DNA from: Gemmatimonadota bacterium
GTDB lineage: Bacteria; Gemmatimonadota; Gemmatimonadetes; Gemmatimonadales; GWC2-71-9
Length of the DNA stretch: 64,000 nucleotides
NCBI GenBank assembly: GCA_031367105.1
Contig: JANLPG010000145.1
Location: 48,679-112,678 of the forward strand
Reading direction: 5' to 3'
Shown: positions 19,776-30,299 of the stretch, in pieces
Layout: each line of letters starts with the position of its first letter
Numbering within the stretch: the first letter of the stretch is position 1
Made by a program: the position numbers and the translations under genes
The notes under the pieces: model-generated
Told to the model about the DNA's origin: nothing
The model's input: only the letters and a program-made list of their open reading frames with translations
The model's database searches: none

Positions 19776-20968
19776 GGCAACTCATCCAGCGCCGCAACGC
19801 CGGGCAACGGCTTCCCTTCAAGGAATTCCAGCGACGCTCCGCCACCGGTCGACACGTGGGTCACCTGCGCCTGGAGTCCGGCGGCGGCGAGCGCCGCAGC
19901 GGAGTCCCCCCCGCCGACGATGGTCACTGCACCTGTGGCGGTCGCTGCGGCAAGCGCCTGTGCCACACCCAGCGTTCCCGCAGCGAACGGCGGCGTCTCG
20001 AACACCCCCATCGGGCCGTTCCAGATGACCGTTCGCGCGCCCGCGATGATCTCGGCGAAGTGCGTCACGCTGCCCGCATCGATATCAAACATCGCCCACC
20101 CCGCAGGAATCTGGTCCCGTGCAACCTCCCGGGTCTCGACACCCGGTGCAAGCCGCTCAGCGATCACGGCGCCAGTCGGCAACACCAGCTTCTCGCCGGC
20201 TTTATCGAGGAGTGCCTTCGCCATTTCAACCCGATCGAGTTCAACGAGGGAGTCTCCCGTCTCCAGGCCCATCGCTTTGAAGAAGGTGCACGCCATCGCG
20301 CCTCCCACAAGGATGTGGTCGACCTTGGGGAGCAGCGCCTCAATCAGGTCAATCTTGCCGGAGATCTTTGCCCCGCCGAGGATAGCGACAAATGGGTGGA
20401 CGGGCTGGTTGACGGCCTCGCCGAGGAACTTGAGCTCCCGCTCCATCAGGAAACCCGAGACTGCTGGTTTGAGACGATGTGCGATCGCCTCCGTGCTGGC
20501 GTGAGCACGGTGTGCCGAGCCGAAGGCATCGTTGACATAGAGATCGCCCAGCGCGGCGAACCGATCGGCGAGTGCCGGATCGTTCCGCTCCTCACCCGGA
20601 TAAAATCTGGTGTTCTCGGCCAGCGCCACCCCGCCCCGCGGCAGATGCCGCACAGCCGCCGCCGCCGCCTCACTGGTGGGATCATCGAGGAATGTCAGGG
20701 GAAAGCCGAGCAACTGCTCGAGGGCACGGGCCACCGGCTTCAGCGAGTACTTCGCATCGGGAGCACCCTTGGGTCGGCCCAGGTGCGAAAGCAGGACGAC
20801 GCGGGCGCCTTTGTCGCGGAGGTACCGGATCGTGGGGAGCGACGCGCGGATGCGGGTGTCGTCGCCCACCACGCCGTCGGTGATCGGTACGTTGAGATCC
20901 ACCCGCACCACCACACGCTGGCCGTCGAGGCGTGCGCCGTCGAGTTGGGCCAGGGTACGCTTGCTCAC
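19772..20968 (-). CDS. pgk: phosphoglycerate kinase
   Basis: Track ORF 19772..21037 trimmed to GTG 20968 (GTGA overlap with the gap stop). [39 protein letters not shown]. Confidence 0.9.
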   Translation of the reverse strand: MSKRTLAQLDGARLDGQRVVVRVDLNVPITDGVVGDDTRIRASLPTIRYLRDKGARVVLLSHLGRPKGAPDAKYSLKPVARALEQLLGFPLTFLDDPTSEAAAAAVRHLPRGGVALAENTRFYPGEERNDPALADRFAALGDLYVNDAFGSAHRAHASTEAIAHRLKPAVSGFLMERELKFLGEAVNQPVHPFVAILGGAKISGKIDLIEALLPKVDHILVGGAMACTFFKAMGLETGDSLVELDRVEMAKALLDKAGEKLVLPTGAVIAERLAPGVETREVARDQIPAGWAMFDIDAGSVTHFAEIIAGARTVIWNGPMGVFETPPFAAGTLGVAQALAAATATGAVTIVGGGDSAAALAAAGLQAQVTHVSTGGGASLEFLEGKPLPGVAALDELP

Positions 20969-21978
20969 AACTGGGCGCCGATGTGCCGGATCATGTCGAC
21001 GCAACGCGCCGAATAGCCCATCTCGTTGTCGTACCACGACGAGACGTGGACGAGCGTCCCATCCACGACGCCGGTCGACAGCGAGTCGACCGTGCTCGAC
21101 GCCTGATTCCCGATGTAGTCCACCGAGACCAGCGGCTCGTCGCTGACGAACAGCACGCCCCGGAGCACCCCATTCGACGCCTCCCGAAACGCGGCGTTGA
21201 CTTCGGCCACCGTGGTGGCGCGCTCGACGGTGCAGGTGAGATCGACCAGCGAGACGTCGGCAGTCGGCACCCGGAGCGCGATGCCATCGATCTTTCCCTT
21301 CACCTCGGGGATCACCAGCGAGGTGGCTTTCGCAGCCCCGGTCGAGGTGGGAATGATGGACAGCGCCGCCGCACGTGCACGCCGCAGGTCCTTGTGCGGG
21401 AGGTCCAGGATGTTCTGGTCATTGGTATAGCTGTGAACCGTCGTCATGAATCCCCGGACAAAGCCGAACTGCTCGAGGATCACCTTGACTACCGGGACCA
21501 GGCAGTTCGTGGTGCACGATGCATTCGAGATTACGTGGTGTTTCGCGGGGTCGTACTCGAGGTGGTTGACACCGAACACAAAGGTCTTGTCTTCGCCCTT
21601 CGCCGGCGCGGAAATGATGACCTTCTTCGCGCCGCCGGCGAGGTGCAGCGCGGCCTTGTCGCGGTCGGTGAAATGGCCGGTGGCTTCCAGCACGATGTCG
21701 ACGCCGAGCTCGCCCCAGGGGAGTTTGGCGGGATCGCGTTCAGAGAGCACCCGCATCAGATCGCCACCGACATCGAGGCCGCCGTCGACCGACTGGACCG
21801 GCTTCGGAAAGCGCCCGTGCACCGAGTCATACTTGAGCAGATGCGCCAGCGTCGCGGTATCGGTCAAGTCATTGACCGCGACGAAATCGATGTCGTCCCG
21901 GCCAGCAGCGATCGCGGCCCGCACGACGTTTCGGCCGATCCGACCGAAGCCATTGATCCCCACGCGAATCTTGCTCAT
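20965..21978 (-). CDS. gap: type I glyceraldehyde-3-phosphate dehydrogenase
   Basis: 337 aa. [19 protein letters not shown] (catalytic Cys), WYDNEMGYS. Confidence 0.92.
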   Translation of the reverse strand: MSKIRVGINGFGRIGRNVVRAAIAAGRDDIDFVAVNDLTDTATLAHLLKYDSVHGRFPKPVQSVDGGLDVGGDLMRVLSERDPAKLPWGELGVDIVLEATGHFTDRDKAALHLAGGAKKVIISAPAKGEDKTFVFGVNHLEYDPAKHHVISNASCTTNCLVPVVKVILEQFGFVRGFMTTVHSYTNDQNILDLPHKDLRRARAAALSIIPTSTGAAKATSLVIPEVKGKIDGIALRVPTADVSLVDLTCTVERATTVAEVNAAFREASNGVLRGVLFVSDEPLVSVDYIGNQASSTVDSLSTGVVDGTLVHVSSWYDNEMGYSARCVDMIRHIGAQL

Positions 21979-22739
21979 TCGTGCTCCTCATCCCCGTTCG
22001 GGCGAGTGAAAGGTGCCAGTCGTGCCGCTGCATCGGTCAATGCCGGTTCGGCCCGGGCGAAGGTGACCGCGCCGACGTGCGGTGCCCCTGCGTCCAGCAG
22101 GGCCAGCGCCGCCGAAGTTAACGTGGCCCCGGTCGTGAAAACATCATCGACCAGCCACGCCGGGCGGTCACTCGGTCGGGCCACGAACGCTTCGGCCAGG
22201 TTGGCGAGGCGCGCCTCCGGAGTCAGCCGCGTCTGAGTCGGAGTTTCCCGACTCCGGATCAGGCGATCGGTTGCCACCGAGAGTCCCGTCAACGCGCCGA
22301 GCGCGACGGCAAGCCGTTCGGCCTGATTGTAGCCGCGATGCCGCTGGCGACGCGGGGCCAGCGGGACCGGGACCAGATCGGCATCGCCGACGTCGCCCAG
22401 GAGCGGAGCCATTCGAAGGGCGAACCCTTCGGCGAGCCGCCACCACCCCTGATACTTGAAGCGATGCACGAGTCGGCGGGCGGCTGCGTCAAGACGGACC
22501 GCACTCCTGACCGGTCCGACCCCTGCTGGCCACTCGGCACAGAGGCGACAGTGGAGACCGATCTGCCGCGGTTCGCCACACACGAGGCAGCGCGGGTCGG
22601 GAATCGCCCGCCATCGCGTGCGACAGACACCGCACACCAAGGCGTCGTCCCCGACAGTGAGCGGGGCGAGGCATTCGATGCATTCAGCCGGCAGCACCCA
22701 CCGTTCGGCCCGCCGAGCGAAGTCAGACCAGTCGACCAT
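21975..22739 (-). CDS. ComF-family phosphoribosyltransferase-fold protein
   Basis: 254 aa. N-terminal double Cys pairs (CIECLAPL...CGVC, CLVCGEP...CRLC) and C-terminal PRTase motif [17 protein letters not shown] overlap with gap. Confidence 0.75.
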   Translation of the reverse strand: MVDWSDFARRAERWVLPAECIECLAPLTVGDDALVCGVCRTRWRAIPDPRCLVCGEPRQIGLHCRLCAEWPAGVGPVRSAVRLDAAARRLVHRFKYQGWWRLAEGFALRMAPLLGDVGDADLVPVPLAPRRQRHRGYNQAERLAVALGALTGLSVATDRLIRSRETPTQTRLTPEARLANLAEAFVARPSDRPAWLVDDVFTTGATLTSAALALLDAGAPHVGAVTFARAEPALTDAAARLAPFTRPNGDEEHE

Positions 22740-23538
22740 CGAGCGCCGCTCGCATCACCTCGACCGGAGGCGTCACGCCCGGAAACCAGAGCTCCCAGCA
22801 CGCCGCTCCCTGCGCCAGCAGGACCTCACGGCCGTCGACAGCGCGGAGCCCGCGTTCCCGACAGGTGAGCACCCAGCGAGTTGGACCGTCGGGGCGGTAC
22901 GTGAGGTCGAGTGCGGCAGTGAGCGAAGGCAATTCGTCGAGCGGCTGCGGAAAGAGATCGCCTGCCTGCAGCCCGAGTGGGGTCGTATTGATCACCAGCT
23001 GACAGTGCTCGAGCGGTGCGACAGCCACGCCAATGGACGCAGCCCACGCCAGGAAAGCAGCCGCGCGTTCGGGCTCGCGCGAACGCACGGCGATGGGGAC
23101 ACCGCGCGCGAGGGCGGCCCCTGCTGCCGCTCGCGCACTCCCGCCAGTTCCGACGATGAGCCACGCACCGGACGATCCACCGAGGGTATCGATCGCTGCC
23201 AGAATCCCGTCGACATCGGTATTGCCGAGGATGAGTCCGCCGGCGTCGAGCGCGGCGGCGAAGACGTTGGCGACCCCTAACAACCGGACGCGGGCGGTTG
23301 GGAGTCCGGGGACGGCAGCAGCCACCCGCTTGTGCGGGATCGTGACGTTGCCCCCTCCGCCGTTCGCCACCAGGGTACCCAACACCCCGGCCACATCGGC
23401 TGCCGGTACGGCGAGAGCGACGTAGGTCGCGTCAATGCCTGCAGCAAGAAAGGCGGCGTTCTGAATTGTCGGCGAGAGGGAGTGCCGCACCGGATCGCCG
23501 ATCACAGCGAACAGCCGTGTTCGTGCCGTGGGTCTCAT
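22723..23538 (-). CDS. aroE: shikimate dehydrogenase
   Basis: 271 aa. VIGDPVRHSLSPTIQNAAF, NVTIPHK, GTGGSARAAA. Confidence 0.85.
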   Translation of the reverse strand: MRPTARTRLFAVIGDPVRHSLSPTIQNAAFLAAGIDATYVALAVPAADVAGVLGTLVANGGGGNVTIPHKRVAAAVPGLPTARVRLLGVANVFAAALDAGGLILGNTDVDGILAAIDTLGGSSGAWLIVGTGGSARAAAGAALARGVPIAVRSREPERAAAFLAWAASIGVAVAPLEHCQLVINTTPLGLQAGDLFPQPLDELPSLTAALDLTYRPDGPTRWVLTCRERGLRAVDGREVLLAQGAACWELWFPGVTPPVEVMRAALDGRLV

Positions 23539-24008
23539 TGAGCGAGCCCGCGCCGCAGTCGTTCGACGACCTGGGCCATCAACCGGTCAAGCAGTACTGC
23601 GGTCTCGCGGTACTTCGCGATCGCTTCACCGTATGGGTCGGGAACGTCCGCCGCCGCCTCGCCCACGAAGCTCGTCAGCAATTGCACTCGTTGCGCACCA
23701 CCGAGCTCGGCAACCTGCCGGGAATGCGCCGCACCCATTGTGAGAATCAGGTCGGCATTGTGGACGATCTCGGCCGTCACCTGGCGCGCGTGATGACCTG
23801 AGAGATCGAGGTTGCGTTCGAGCGCAATCAGGTAACTCCCCTCCGACGCTGGAGCTCCCTCCCAGGCTCCCGTCCCCGCAGATGCGACAACGACGCCCTG
23901 CAGCTCCGGAATGGACGCGACGCGTGCGGCGAGAATCGCGGCGCCCAGCGGCGAGCGGCAGGTATTCCCCGAGCAGACGATCAGGATATGACGCGGCGGC
24001 TCGTTCAC
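23535..24008 (-). CDS. low-molecular-weight protein-tyrosine phosphatase
   Basis: Track ORF 23535..24434 trimmed to GTG 24008 (GTGA overlap with the tsaC stop). P-loop ILIVCSGNTCRSP (CX5R-S) and DVPDPYG. 157 aa. Confidence 0.8.
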   Translation of the reverse strand: MNEPPRHILIVCSGNTCRSPLGAAILAARVASIPELQGVVVASAGTGAWEGAPASEGSYLIALERNLDLSGHHARQVTAEIVHNADLILTMGAAHSRQVAELGGAQRVQLLTSFVGEAAADVPDPYGEAIAKYRETAVLLDRLMAQVVERLRRGLAQ

Positions 24009-24655
24009 GGCGCCATCGTCCCCGCGCGCCGCCGCAGCTCGGCACGTGGAATCGCGCCTTCGCGCACCAGCATCGGGAGTCGGCCGGTACAATCGACCAG
24101 CGTCGACGGGGGCACGTTTCCGAGCACGCCCCCGTCCAGCACCAGGAGAGTTCCGTCCGCGACCGCCGCCGGAAACATCTCTACGATGCGTTCCGCACCC
24201 GGTGCCGGCGATCCGCCGGGCAGATTGGCGGAGGTCGACGTCAACGGCCGTCCCATCACCGCGATCAGGCGAGCGACGTCGCGGTGCGAGGTCCAGCGCA
24301 CGGCAATTCCGCCTTCGGCACCACGCAGCCGGTCGGGAAGCTGGCCCTCGCCGCCGCGAAGCACCAGGGTGAGCGGACCGGGCCAGAACTCCGCGGCGAG
24401 CACTCGCGCCGGCTGATTGAATTCCAGTCCACATCGTTCCGCCATTGCGACGCTGCTGACCAGTAGCAGAAACGGTTTCCGTGGCGGTCGCCCCTTCATC
24501 GCCGCGAGCCGGTCTAACGCAACGTCACTCGCTTCGCTACCCAGCCCGTAGACCGTCTCCGTGGGATAGGCCAGCACCCCGCCGCGGCGCAGGTGTGCCA
24601 GTACCTTCGGAATCGCGCGGGAAACCTCGGCCTCCCGCTGAAAGGGCAGGATCAC
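24005..24655 (-). CDS. tsaC: L-threonylcarbamoyladenylate synthase (YrdC/TsaC type, single domain)
   Basis: Track ORF 24005..24865 trimmed to GTG 24655 (GTGA overlap with the ispD stop). YPTETVYGLG, KGRPPRKPFLLLV, TSTSANLPG. Confidence 0.8.
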   Translation of the reverse strand: MILPFQREAEVSRAIPKVLAHLRRGGVLAYPTETVYGLGSEASDVALDRLAAMKGRPPRKPFLLLVSSVAMAERCGLEFNQPARVLAAEFWPGPLTLVLRGGEGQLPDRLRGAEGGIAVRWTSHRDVARLIAVMGRPLTSTSANLPGGSPAPGAERIVEMFPAAVADGTLLVLDGGVLGNVPPSTLVDCTGRLPMLVREGAIPRAELRRRAGTMAP

Positions 24656-25320
24656 GGATGCTCCGCGTACCACGCAGCGAGCACGATATCGTCGGCGGTG
24701 GTGATCTTGAGATTGCGGGCGGAGCCGGGCAGGAGCTCCACCGGCTCCCCCAGACGTTCGACCAGGCAGGCATCGTCGCTTCCAGTGAATCCCTCGAGGC
24801 GAGCGGCATCGTGTGCCCGGGTGAGGGTGGCGCGGGGAAACGCCTGGGGGGTTTGCACCCGCCACAGTCCGTCACGCGGCACGGTGCCAAGCACCCGACC
24901 ATAGTTGTCGGCGCGTTTGATGGTGTCACCAATGGGGATGGCCGGGACTGCGCTGCGTCCTGCCCGCGCGGCAGCGATGCCGGCGTCGATCGCGTCTCGA
25001 GGCGGAAACGGTCGGGCACCATCGTGCACCAGTACCACGCTGCACGCTTCAGTCAGGGCCCCCAGACCGGCGACGACAGAGTCGCCGCGCTCACGGCCTC
25101 CCGCGACTGCTACCAGTGCACCGCCCAGAAGCGGTGCGAGCCATTCAGGCGGCGACACCACGTCCTCGGAGGGGAGCACAAGCACGACGAGCGCGACATC
25201 CGGATGGGACAGGAACGGTCGGAGCGCGTGGAGGAGCACAGGAATTCCACGCAGCGGGAGATATTGCTTCGGCAGATCGCCACCAAATCGCGAGCCTCGC
25301 CCCGCCGCGACGACGACCAC
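24652..25320 (-). CDS. ispD: 2-C-methyl-D-erythritol 4-phosphate cytidylyltransferase
   Basis: Track ORF 24652..25407. VVVVAAGRGSRFGGDLPKQYLPLRGIPVL, VLVHDGARP, TDDA. I prefer GTG 25320, just after the radA stop at 25328. The exact start is uncertain. Confidence 0.8.
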   Translation of the reverse strand: MVVVAAGRGSRFGGDLPKQYLPLRGIPVLLHALRPFLSHPDVALVVLVLPSEDVVSPPEWLAPLLGGALVAVAGGRERGDSVVAGLGALTEACSVVLVHDGARPFPPRDAIDAGIAAARAGRSAVPAIPIGDTIKRADNYGRVLGTVPRDGLWRVQTPQAFPRATLTRAHDAARLEGFTGSDDACLVERLGEPVELLPGSARNLKITTADDIVLAAWYAEHP

Positions 25321-25327
25321 CCCGACG

Positions 25328-26692
25328 TCACGCGGCAAGGGCGCGCACCAGCTCGTCGACGTGCGACAATCCGCGATGCCGGATCCCCGCGACCTGGGCG
25401 CTCGCACGGTCGGACCCCCACGCCTCGTTGAACCCCAGTCGGGCCGCCTCCGCCAGCCGCCGATCGAGTCCGCCGATGGGGCGGATTTCTCCTCCCAGCC
25501 CGACTTCTCCGAGGTAGAGTGTGTTGGCTGGGGTCGGACGATCGTGCATCGAGGAGAGCAACGCCGCCGCCACCGCCAGATCGGCTCCCGGTTCGCTGAG
25601 TCGGACCCCGGCGGTCACCTGCACGAAGACGTCGAGTGCCGCGAACGAGGCGCCGGCCCGACGCTCCAGCACGGCGAGAATCACCGCTAGCCGCTTCTGG
25701 TCGAGGCCGGTCGCCACGCGTTGCGGCGTGCCATACCCGGAGGGCGCAGCGAGTGCCTGCACCTCGACCAGCACCGGCCGGGTCCCTTCCATCAGCGCCG
25801 TGACCGCGCTGCCCGACGTCCCGCTCGCGCGTGCCGCAAGAAATACCGCGGAAGGATTAGCCACCGCCACTAGTCCGCGAGCCGTCATCTCGAACACTCC
25901 GAGTTCGTCGACGGCACCAAAGCGATTCTTGGTCGCGCGAAGCAGCCGGTAGTCGAGCGACGCCTCCCCCTCGAAGTACAGCACGGTGTCGACGATGTGC
26001 TCGAGTGTCTTCGGGCCTGCGATACTGCCGCCCTTGGTGACGTGTCCCACGACGACAACCGCGGTGCCACTCTCCTTGGCGAAGCGCATCAACAGCCCGG
26101 CGCACTCACGCACCTGACCGACATTGCCCGGCGCGCTCTCGAGCGCATCGGTAAATACGGTCTGGATCGAGTCGAGGATCAGCACCGAGGCCTTGACCAT
26201 CCGGGCGGCGTGTAACACCGACTCGAGTCGGGTCTCCCCGATGACCTGCACGCCACCCGCCTCATCCCCGAGTCGATCGGCGCGCAAGCGCAACTGTTCG
26301 GCCGACTCCTCGCCACTGGCGTAGAGTACCGTGTGGCCTGCGACTTCGAGGAGGGCGGCGGCCTGAAGCAGCAGGGTGGACTTGCCGATGCCGGGCTCGC
26401 CGCCGATCAGCGTCATCGACCCCGGTACCAGGCCGCCGCCAAGGACGTAGTCGAGTTCCGGAAGCCCCGTACTCCACCGCTCGAGCCGAGCTCCGGAAAC
26501 ATCGCGCAGGCGAACGATCGGGGCGCCAATGGCAAGGCTGCCGCCGGCACGAACCGGTTGTGCGGCCAGCGGTTCCTCACCGACACTGTTCCACGCGCCG
26601 CACGCTTCGCATCGACCGACCCACTTGGGGTGCTCGTGCCCACACTCGACGCAACGCCAGACCGACTTCGGCTTGGCCACCCTAACCCTCAC
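25328..26692 (-). CDS. radA: DNA repair protein RadA/Sms
   Basis: 454 aa. N-terminal zinc ribbon CVECGHEHPKWVGRCEACGAWNS, Walker A GGEPGIGKSTLLLQ, KNRFG motif, Lon-protease-like C-terminal domain. Confidence 0.9.
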   Translation of the reverse strand: MRVRVAKPKSVWRCVECGHEHPKWVGRCEACGAWNSVGEEPLAAQPVRAGGSLAIGAPIVRLRDVSGARLERWSTGLPELDYVLGGGLVPGSMTLIGGEPGIGKSTLLLQAAALLEVAGHTVLYASGEESAEQLRLRADRLGDEAGGVQVIGETRLESVLHAARMVKASVLILDSIQTVFTDALESAPGNVGQVRECAGLLMRFAKESGTAVVVVGHVTKGGSIAGPKTLEHIVDTVLYFEGEASLDYRLLRATKNRFGAVDELGVFEMTARGLVAVANPSAVFLAARASGTSGSAVTALMEGTRPVLVEVQALAAPSGYGTPQRVATGLDQKRLAVILAVLERRAGASFAALDVFVQVTAGVRLSEPGADLAVAAALLSSMHDRPTPANTLYLGEVGLGGEIRPIGGLDRRLAEAARLGFNEAWGSDRASAQVAGIRHRGLSHVDELVRALAA

Positions 26693-28079
26693 GCTCGCTC
26701 AAGTTGTCAAAGCGGGTGAACTGCTTGTGGAAGTACAGGTCGAAGTCGCCCGTGGGGCCGTTGCGGTGCTTGGCCACGATCACGCTCGCCTTGCCGTCGA
26801 GCGATTCCCCCTTCTCTTCGGCCTTCTCACGCATGTCTTTGTACATCTCGGGGCGGTGGATGAAGATCACCACGTCGGCGTCCTGCTCGATGGCGCCAGA
26901 ATCACGCAGGTCCGAGAGCAGCGGGAGTCGATCGCCACCCCGCGTCTCGGAGGCCCGCGACAGCTGGGACAGCGCGATGACGGGCACCTCAAGTTCCCTG
27001 GAGAGCTGCTTGAGTGATCGCGAAATATCCGAGATCTCCTGCACCCGATTCTCGGAGTACTCTGGCGAGCGCATCAACTGGAGGTAGTCGACCACGACCA
27101 TCCGGAGGTCGTTGTCAGCCTTGAGGCGCCGAGCCTTGGAGCGCATTTCCAGCAATGTCAGCGCGGGCGTGTCATCGATCCAGATCGGACAGGTCTGCAA
27201 GTGCCCTGCGGCGCGCGCCAGGCGGGTGAAGTCGGCGTCCTTCAGGGTGCCCCGCCGCACGCCTTGCGAGTCGACGCGCGCCTCAGCGCAGAGCATGCGC
27301 TGCACCAGAGAGTCCTTCGACATCTCCAGCGAGAAGATCGCGACGCCAAACCCTTCCGTGGCAGCGTGGGTTGCCAGATTCAGGCAGAAGGCCGTTTTGC
27401 CCATCGAGGGGCGTGCCGCCACGATGACGAGTTCGGAGTTCTGGAAACCTGTGGTCATTTCGTCAAGATGCACGAAGCCGCTCGGGACGCCGGTGATCGA
27501 ATTGCCGCTGCGCTGGAGCGTTTCGATGCGCTCCATCGCCGGCCAGAGCATCTCCTTGATTCGGGTGAAGCCGGCCTCTCGCCGCTGCTGTGCAATCGTG
27601 AAAATCTTGCCTTCGGCGGCGTCGAGCAACTCGCTTGCGGTGCTCTTGCCGTCATAGGTTTCGGTGATGATCTGGGTCGCTGCCTCGATCAACCGACGCT
27701 GGATCGACTTCTCCTTCATGATCTTGGCGTGGAATTCGATGTTGGCGGCCGTCGGGACCGAGTTCACCAGCTCGTCGAGGTAACTATTCCCCCCGGCCAG
27801 CTCCAGATCACCCCGTCGCATCAGCTCATCGCGCAACGTGACGTAGTCGACCACCATCCGGCTCTCGACCAGGGCACGCAGGGCGCGGAAGAGGCGGCGA
27901 TGCCCTTCCTTGTAGAACATCGTGTCGTCGATGAGCTCGGCACCACGCAGGGCGGCGTCACCATCGATGATCATCGCGCCGAGGACGGCCTGCTCCGCCT
28001 CCTGGCTCCAGGGGACGGAGCGTCCCTGAACCGGCTCAGTCATCGATGTCGAGGAGTTGTCGGGCAATTCGAACGTCAT
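26682..28079 (-). CDS. dnaB: replicative DNA helicase DnaB
   Basis: 465 aa. SQEAEQAVLGAMI N-domain, Walker A AARPSMGKTAF, VVVDYLQLM, SRSLKQLSRELEVPVIALSQLSR. An alternative ATG at 28043 would overlap the UDG stop by only 8 nt. Confidence 0.9.
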   Translation of the reverse strand: MTFELPDNSSTSMTEPVQGRSVPWSQEAEQAVLGAMIIDGDAALRGAELIDDTMFYKEGHRRLFRALRALVESRMVVDYVTLRDELMRRGDLELAGGNSYLDELVNSVPTAANIEFHAKIMKEKSIQRRLIEAATQIITETYDGKSTASELLDAAEGKIFTIAQQRREAGFTRIKEMLWPAMERIETLQRSGNSITGVPSGFVHLDEMTTGFQNSELVIVAARPSMGKTAFCLNLATHAATEGFGVAIFSLEMSKDSLVQRMLCAEARVDSQGVRRGTLKDADFTRLARAAGHLQTCPIWIDDTPALTLLEMRSKARRLKADNDLRMVVVDYLQLMRSPEYSENRVQEISDISRSLKQLSRELEVPVIALSQLSRASETRGGDRLPLLSDLRDSGAIEQDADVVIFIHRPEMYKDMREKAEEKGESLDGKASVIVAKHRNGPTGDFDLYFHKQFTRFDNLSEREG

Positions 28080-28899
28080 CCCAGGCCGGTCGCTTCCAGT
28101 TCGGGTTCCGCAGCAGCGCTGCGGGATGATACGTCACAATCAACGGAATGCCATTCCACTCGTGGACCTTCAGGCGGAGTTCGCCGAGTGGCTTCTTGAC
28201 TCCGAGCATCGCCTCAGCTGCGGTACTGCCCAACGCGAGCAGCACCCTGGGCCGCACCAGCGCGATCTGGCGATGGAGGTACGGCAGGCACGCCGCCCGT
28301 TCGTCCGGGAGCGGGGTGCGGTTACGCGGTGGCCGGCACTTGACGACGTTTGCGATGAACACCGACGCCCGCGGCGCCTCGATGCTCTCGAGGATCTTGT
28401 CCAGCAGTTCCCCGGCGCGGCCCACGAACGGTCGCCCGGTGAGGTCTTCAGTCTCCCCAGGGCCCTCGCCGACGAGCATCAGTCGCGCGGCCGGTGCTCC
28501 CTCACCTGGAACGGTTTTCGTTCGCCCGGCGCAGAGCGGGCATTGGGTGCAACCCGCGATCACCTCCGCCACTTCTGCCAGGGAAGTCCACGGCACGATC
28601 GCCGACGCCGTGACCAGCTTCAATCCCGGCCCGGGAATCGCTGGCGCACCTTTGCGCCACCCCGTGGCACGCTCGTCCGTGATGGCCGGCGCCTCACTGC
28701 GTCGCGCGGGCGCGGGAGCGGCCGATGGAGCGGCGCGGGGGGCGACGGCAGCGGTCGGACGCGCGACCGCTGCCCGCACGGCGGGGGGCTGCACCGCCGC
28801 ATCGAACAGCACCTCGTCACCACCCAGGTCCCGCTGTAGCGCGAGATACCTCCGCAACGGATCACGCACGATACGCCTCGACGGCATCGAGGATCGCAT
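28036..28899 (-). CDS. family-4 uracil-DNA glycosylase with Ala/Pro-rich N-terminal extension
   Basis: 287 aa. CTQCPLC Fe-S Cys pair, LVGEGPGETED (GEGPG motif), FIANVVKCRPP, TYHPAALLR. The start could instead be GTG 28869. Confidence 0.8.
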   Translation of the reverse strand: MRSSMPSRRIVRDPLRRYLALQRDLGGDEVLFDAAVQPPAVRAAVARPTAAVAPRAAPSAAPAPARRSEAPAITDERATGWRKGAPAIPGPGLKLVTASAIVPWTSLAEVAEVIAGCTQCPLCAGRTKTVPGEGAPAARLMLVGEGPGETEDLTGRPFVGRAGELLDKILESIEAPRASVFIANVVKCRPPRNRTPLPDERAACLPYLHRQIALVRPRVLLALGSTAAEAMLGVKKPLGELRLKVHEWNGIPLIVTYHPAALLRNPNWKRPAWDDVRIARQLLDIDD

Positions 28900-30055
28900 C
28901 GGCCACCGCCGACTTGCTGCTCAGCGGCACGCGCTGCTCGCCCCCCAGGCAGTCGAGAATGGTGACCGCGTTGGTCTCCACATCGAAGCCGGCACCCGGT
29001 TCCAGCGCGTCGTTGATAACAATGAGGTCCAACTGTTTGCGCTGCAGCTTGGCGCGTCCCTTCTCGATCGCGGCGCCGGTTTCCAGCGCGAACCCCACCA
29101 CGGTCAGCCCCGCGTGTCGGTCGGGAAGTGTCCCGAGGAGGATGTCCTCGGTGGCCTCGAGCGCAAGCGTGAAGCCGCCGTCTGAGCGGGGCAACTTGGT
29201 ATCCCGGGCGCTGACTGGCCGGTAGTCGGCCGGTGCGGCAGCCATCACTACGACATCGCTACTGCGAAGATGGGCCCGCACCGCCGCGGCCATCTCGGCG
29301 GTGGTGTCGACGTGCTGCCGGTTGACACCGACCGGGGTCGGTTCGCTGGATGGCCCCGAGATCAGCACGACGTGTGCACCGCGGCGCCAGGCCGCTTCTG
29401 CGAGGCGGAATCCCATCTTGCCACTCGAGCGATTGGTGATGACCCGAACCGGGTCAAGCGACTCCCGCGTCGGGCCGGCAGTGACCAGAACCTTTCGGCC
29501 AGCGAGCGGGCCGTCACCGTACAGGGCGCGTTCGGCGTGGGCAACGATCTCCCCCGGCTCGACCATTCGCCCTGGCCGATCCGACGGGCCCTCGGCAAGC
29601 GCACCAATCGCAGGACCGACCATCCGCCACCCCCGGGCCACGAGCAACGCGACATTCGTCGTGGTCGGATCGGCGGCATACATCGCATCGTTCATCGCGG
29701 GGGCGAGCAGCACCGGTTTCGTGGTCGCGAGGAGCAGAGCGGTGAGCAGGTCGTCGGCCATCCCCGCCGCTGCGCGCGCGATCAGGTGCGCGGTCGCAGG
29801 GGCCACGATGATCAGATCGGCGTCCTGGCCCAATGTGAGATGGTCGAGCGCCCCGCCACGCTCCCACAGGGAGGAGCGAACGGGGCGTCGGGTGACAGCT
29901 TCGAACGTCGCGCGACCGATGAATTCGGTCGCACCACGGGTCAGGATGACGTCCACCAGGGCACCGCGGGCCGAGAGCTCGCGAGCCACCAGCACGCTCT
30001 TGTAGGCCGCGATCCCCCCGGACACGCCGAGGACGACATGGCGGCCCCGCCACAT
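28862..30055 (-). CDS. coaBC: bifunctional phosphopantothenoylcysteine decarboxylase / phosphopantothenate-cysteine ligase
   Basis: 397 aa. N-terminal flavoprotein block VVLGVSGGIAAYK...PAMN, C-terminal CoaB block ITNRSSGKMG. Confidence 0.9.
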   Translation of the reverse strand: MWRGRHVVLGVSGGIAAYKSVLVARELSARGALVDVILTRGATEFIGRATFEAVTRRPVRSSLWERGGALDHLTLGQDADLIIVAPATAHLIARAAAGMADDLLTALLLATTKPVLLAPAMNDAMYAADPTTTNVALLVARGWRMVGPAIGALAEGPSDRPGRMVEPGEIVAHAERALYGDGPLAGRKVLVTAGPTRESLDPVRVITNRSSGKMGFRLAEAAWRRGAHVVLISGPSSEPTPVGVNRQHVDTTAEMAAAVRAHLRSSDVVVMAAAPADYRPVSARDTKLPRSDGGFTLALEATEDILLGTLPDRHAGLTVVGFALETGAAIEKGRAKLQRKQLDLIVINDALEPGAGFDVETNAVTILDCLGGEQRVPLSSKSAVADAILDAVEAYRA

Positions 30056-30056
30056 C

Positions 30057-30284
30057 TCAGGCCTCGGTGCGGCGCCGACGGAGTTCGCGGAACGTCAGCT
30101 CACCGCTTGTGAGCTTCTGCATCGAGAGAGTGGTGAGCTTCTTCACCCCTTCGACACGCTCCCAGTTGGCGACTGCGTCGCGCGGGAACTCGTTCAGGTA
30201 CCGGGCGAATTTCGCCGCCACCAGCACACCGCGATACTTCGAACCAGTGTTCGCCGCAACTTCCTGTGGCGTGAAAATTTCCAT
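30057..30284 (-). CDS. rpoZ: DNA-directed RNA polymerase subunit omega
   Basis: Track ORF 30057..30299 trimmed to ATG 30284 (SD AGGGGGA 5 nt upstream). 75 aa, ...NTGSKYRGVLVAAKFARYLNE.... Conserved gmk-rpoZ neighbourhood. Confidence 0.7.
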   Translation of the reverse strand: MEIFTPQEVAANTGSKYRGVLVAAKFARYLNEFPRDAVANWERVEGVKKLTTLSMQKLTSGELTFRELRRRRTEA

Positions 30285-30299
30285 ACCATCCCCCTGCAA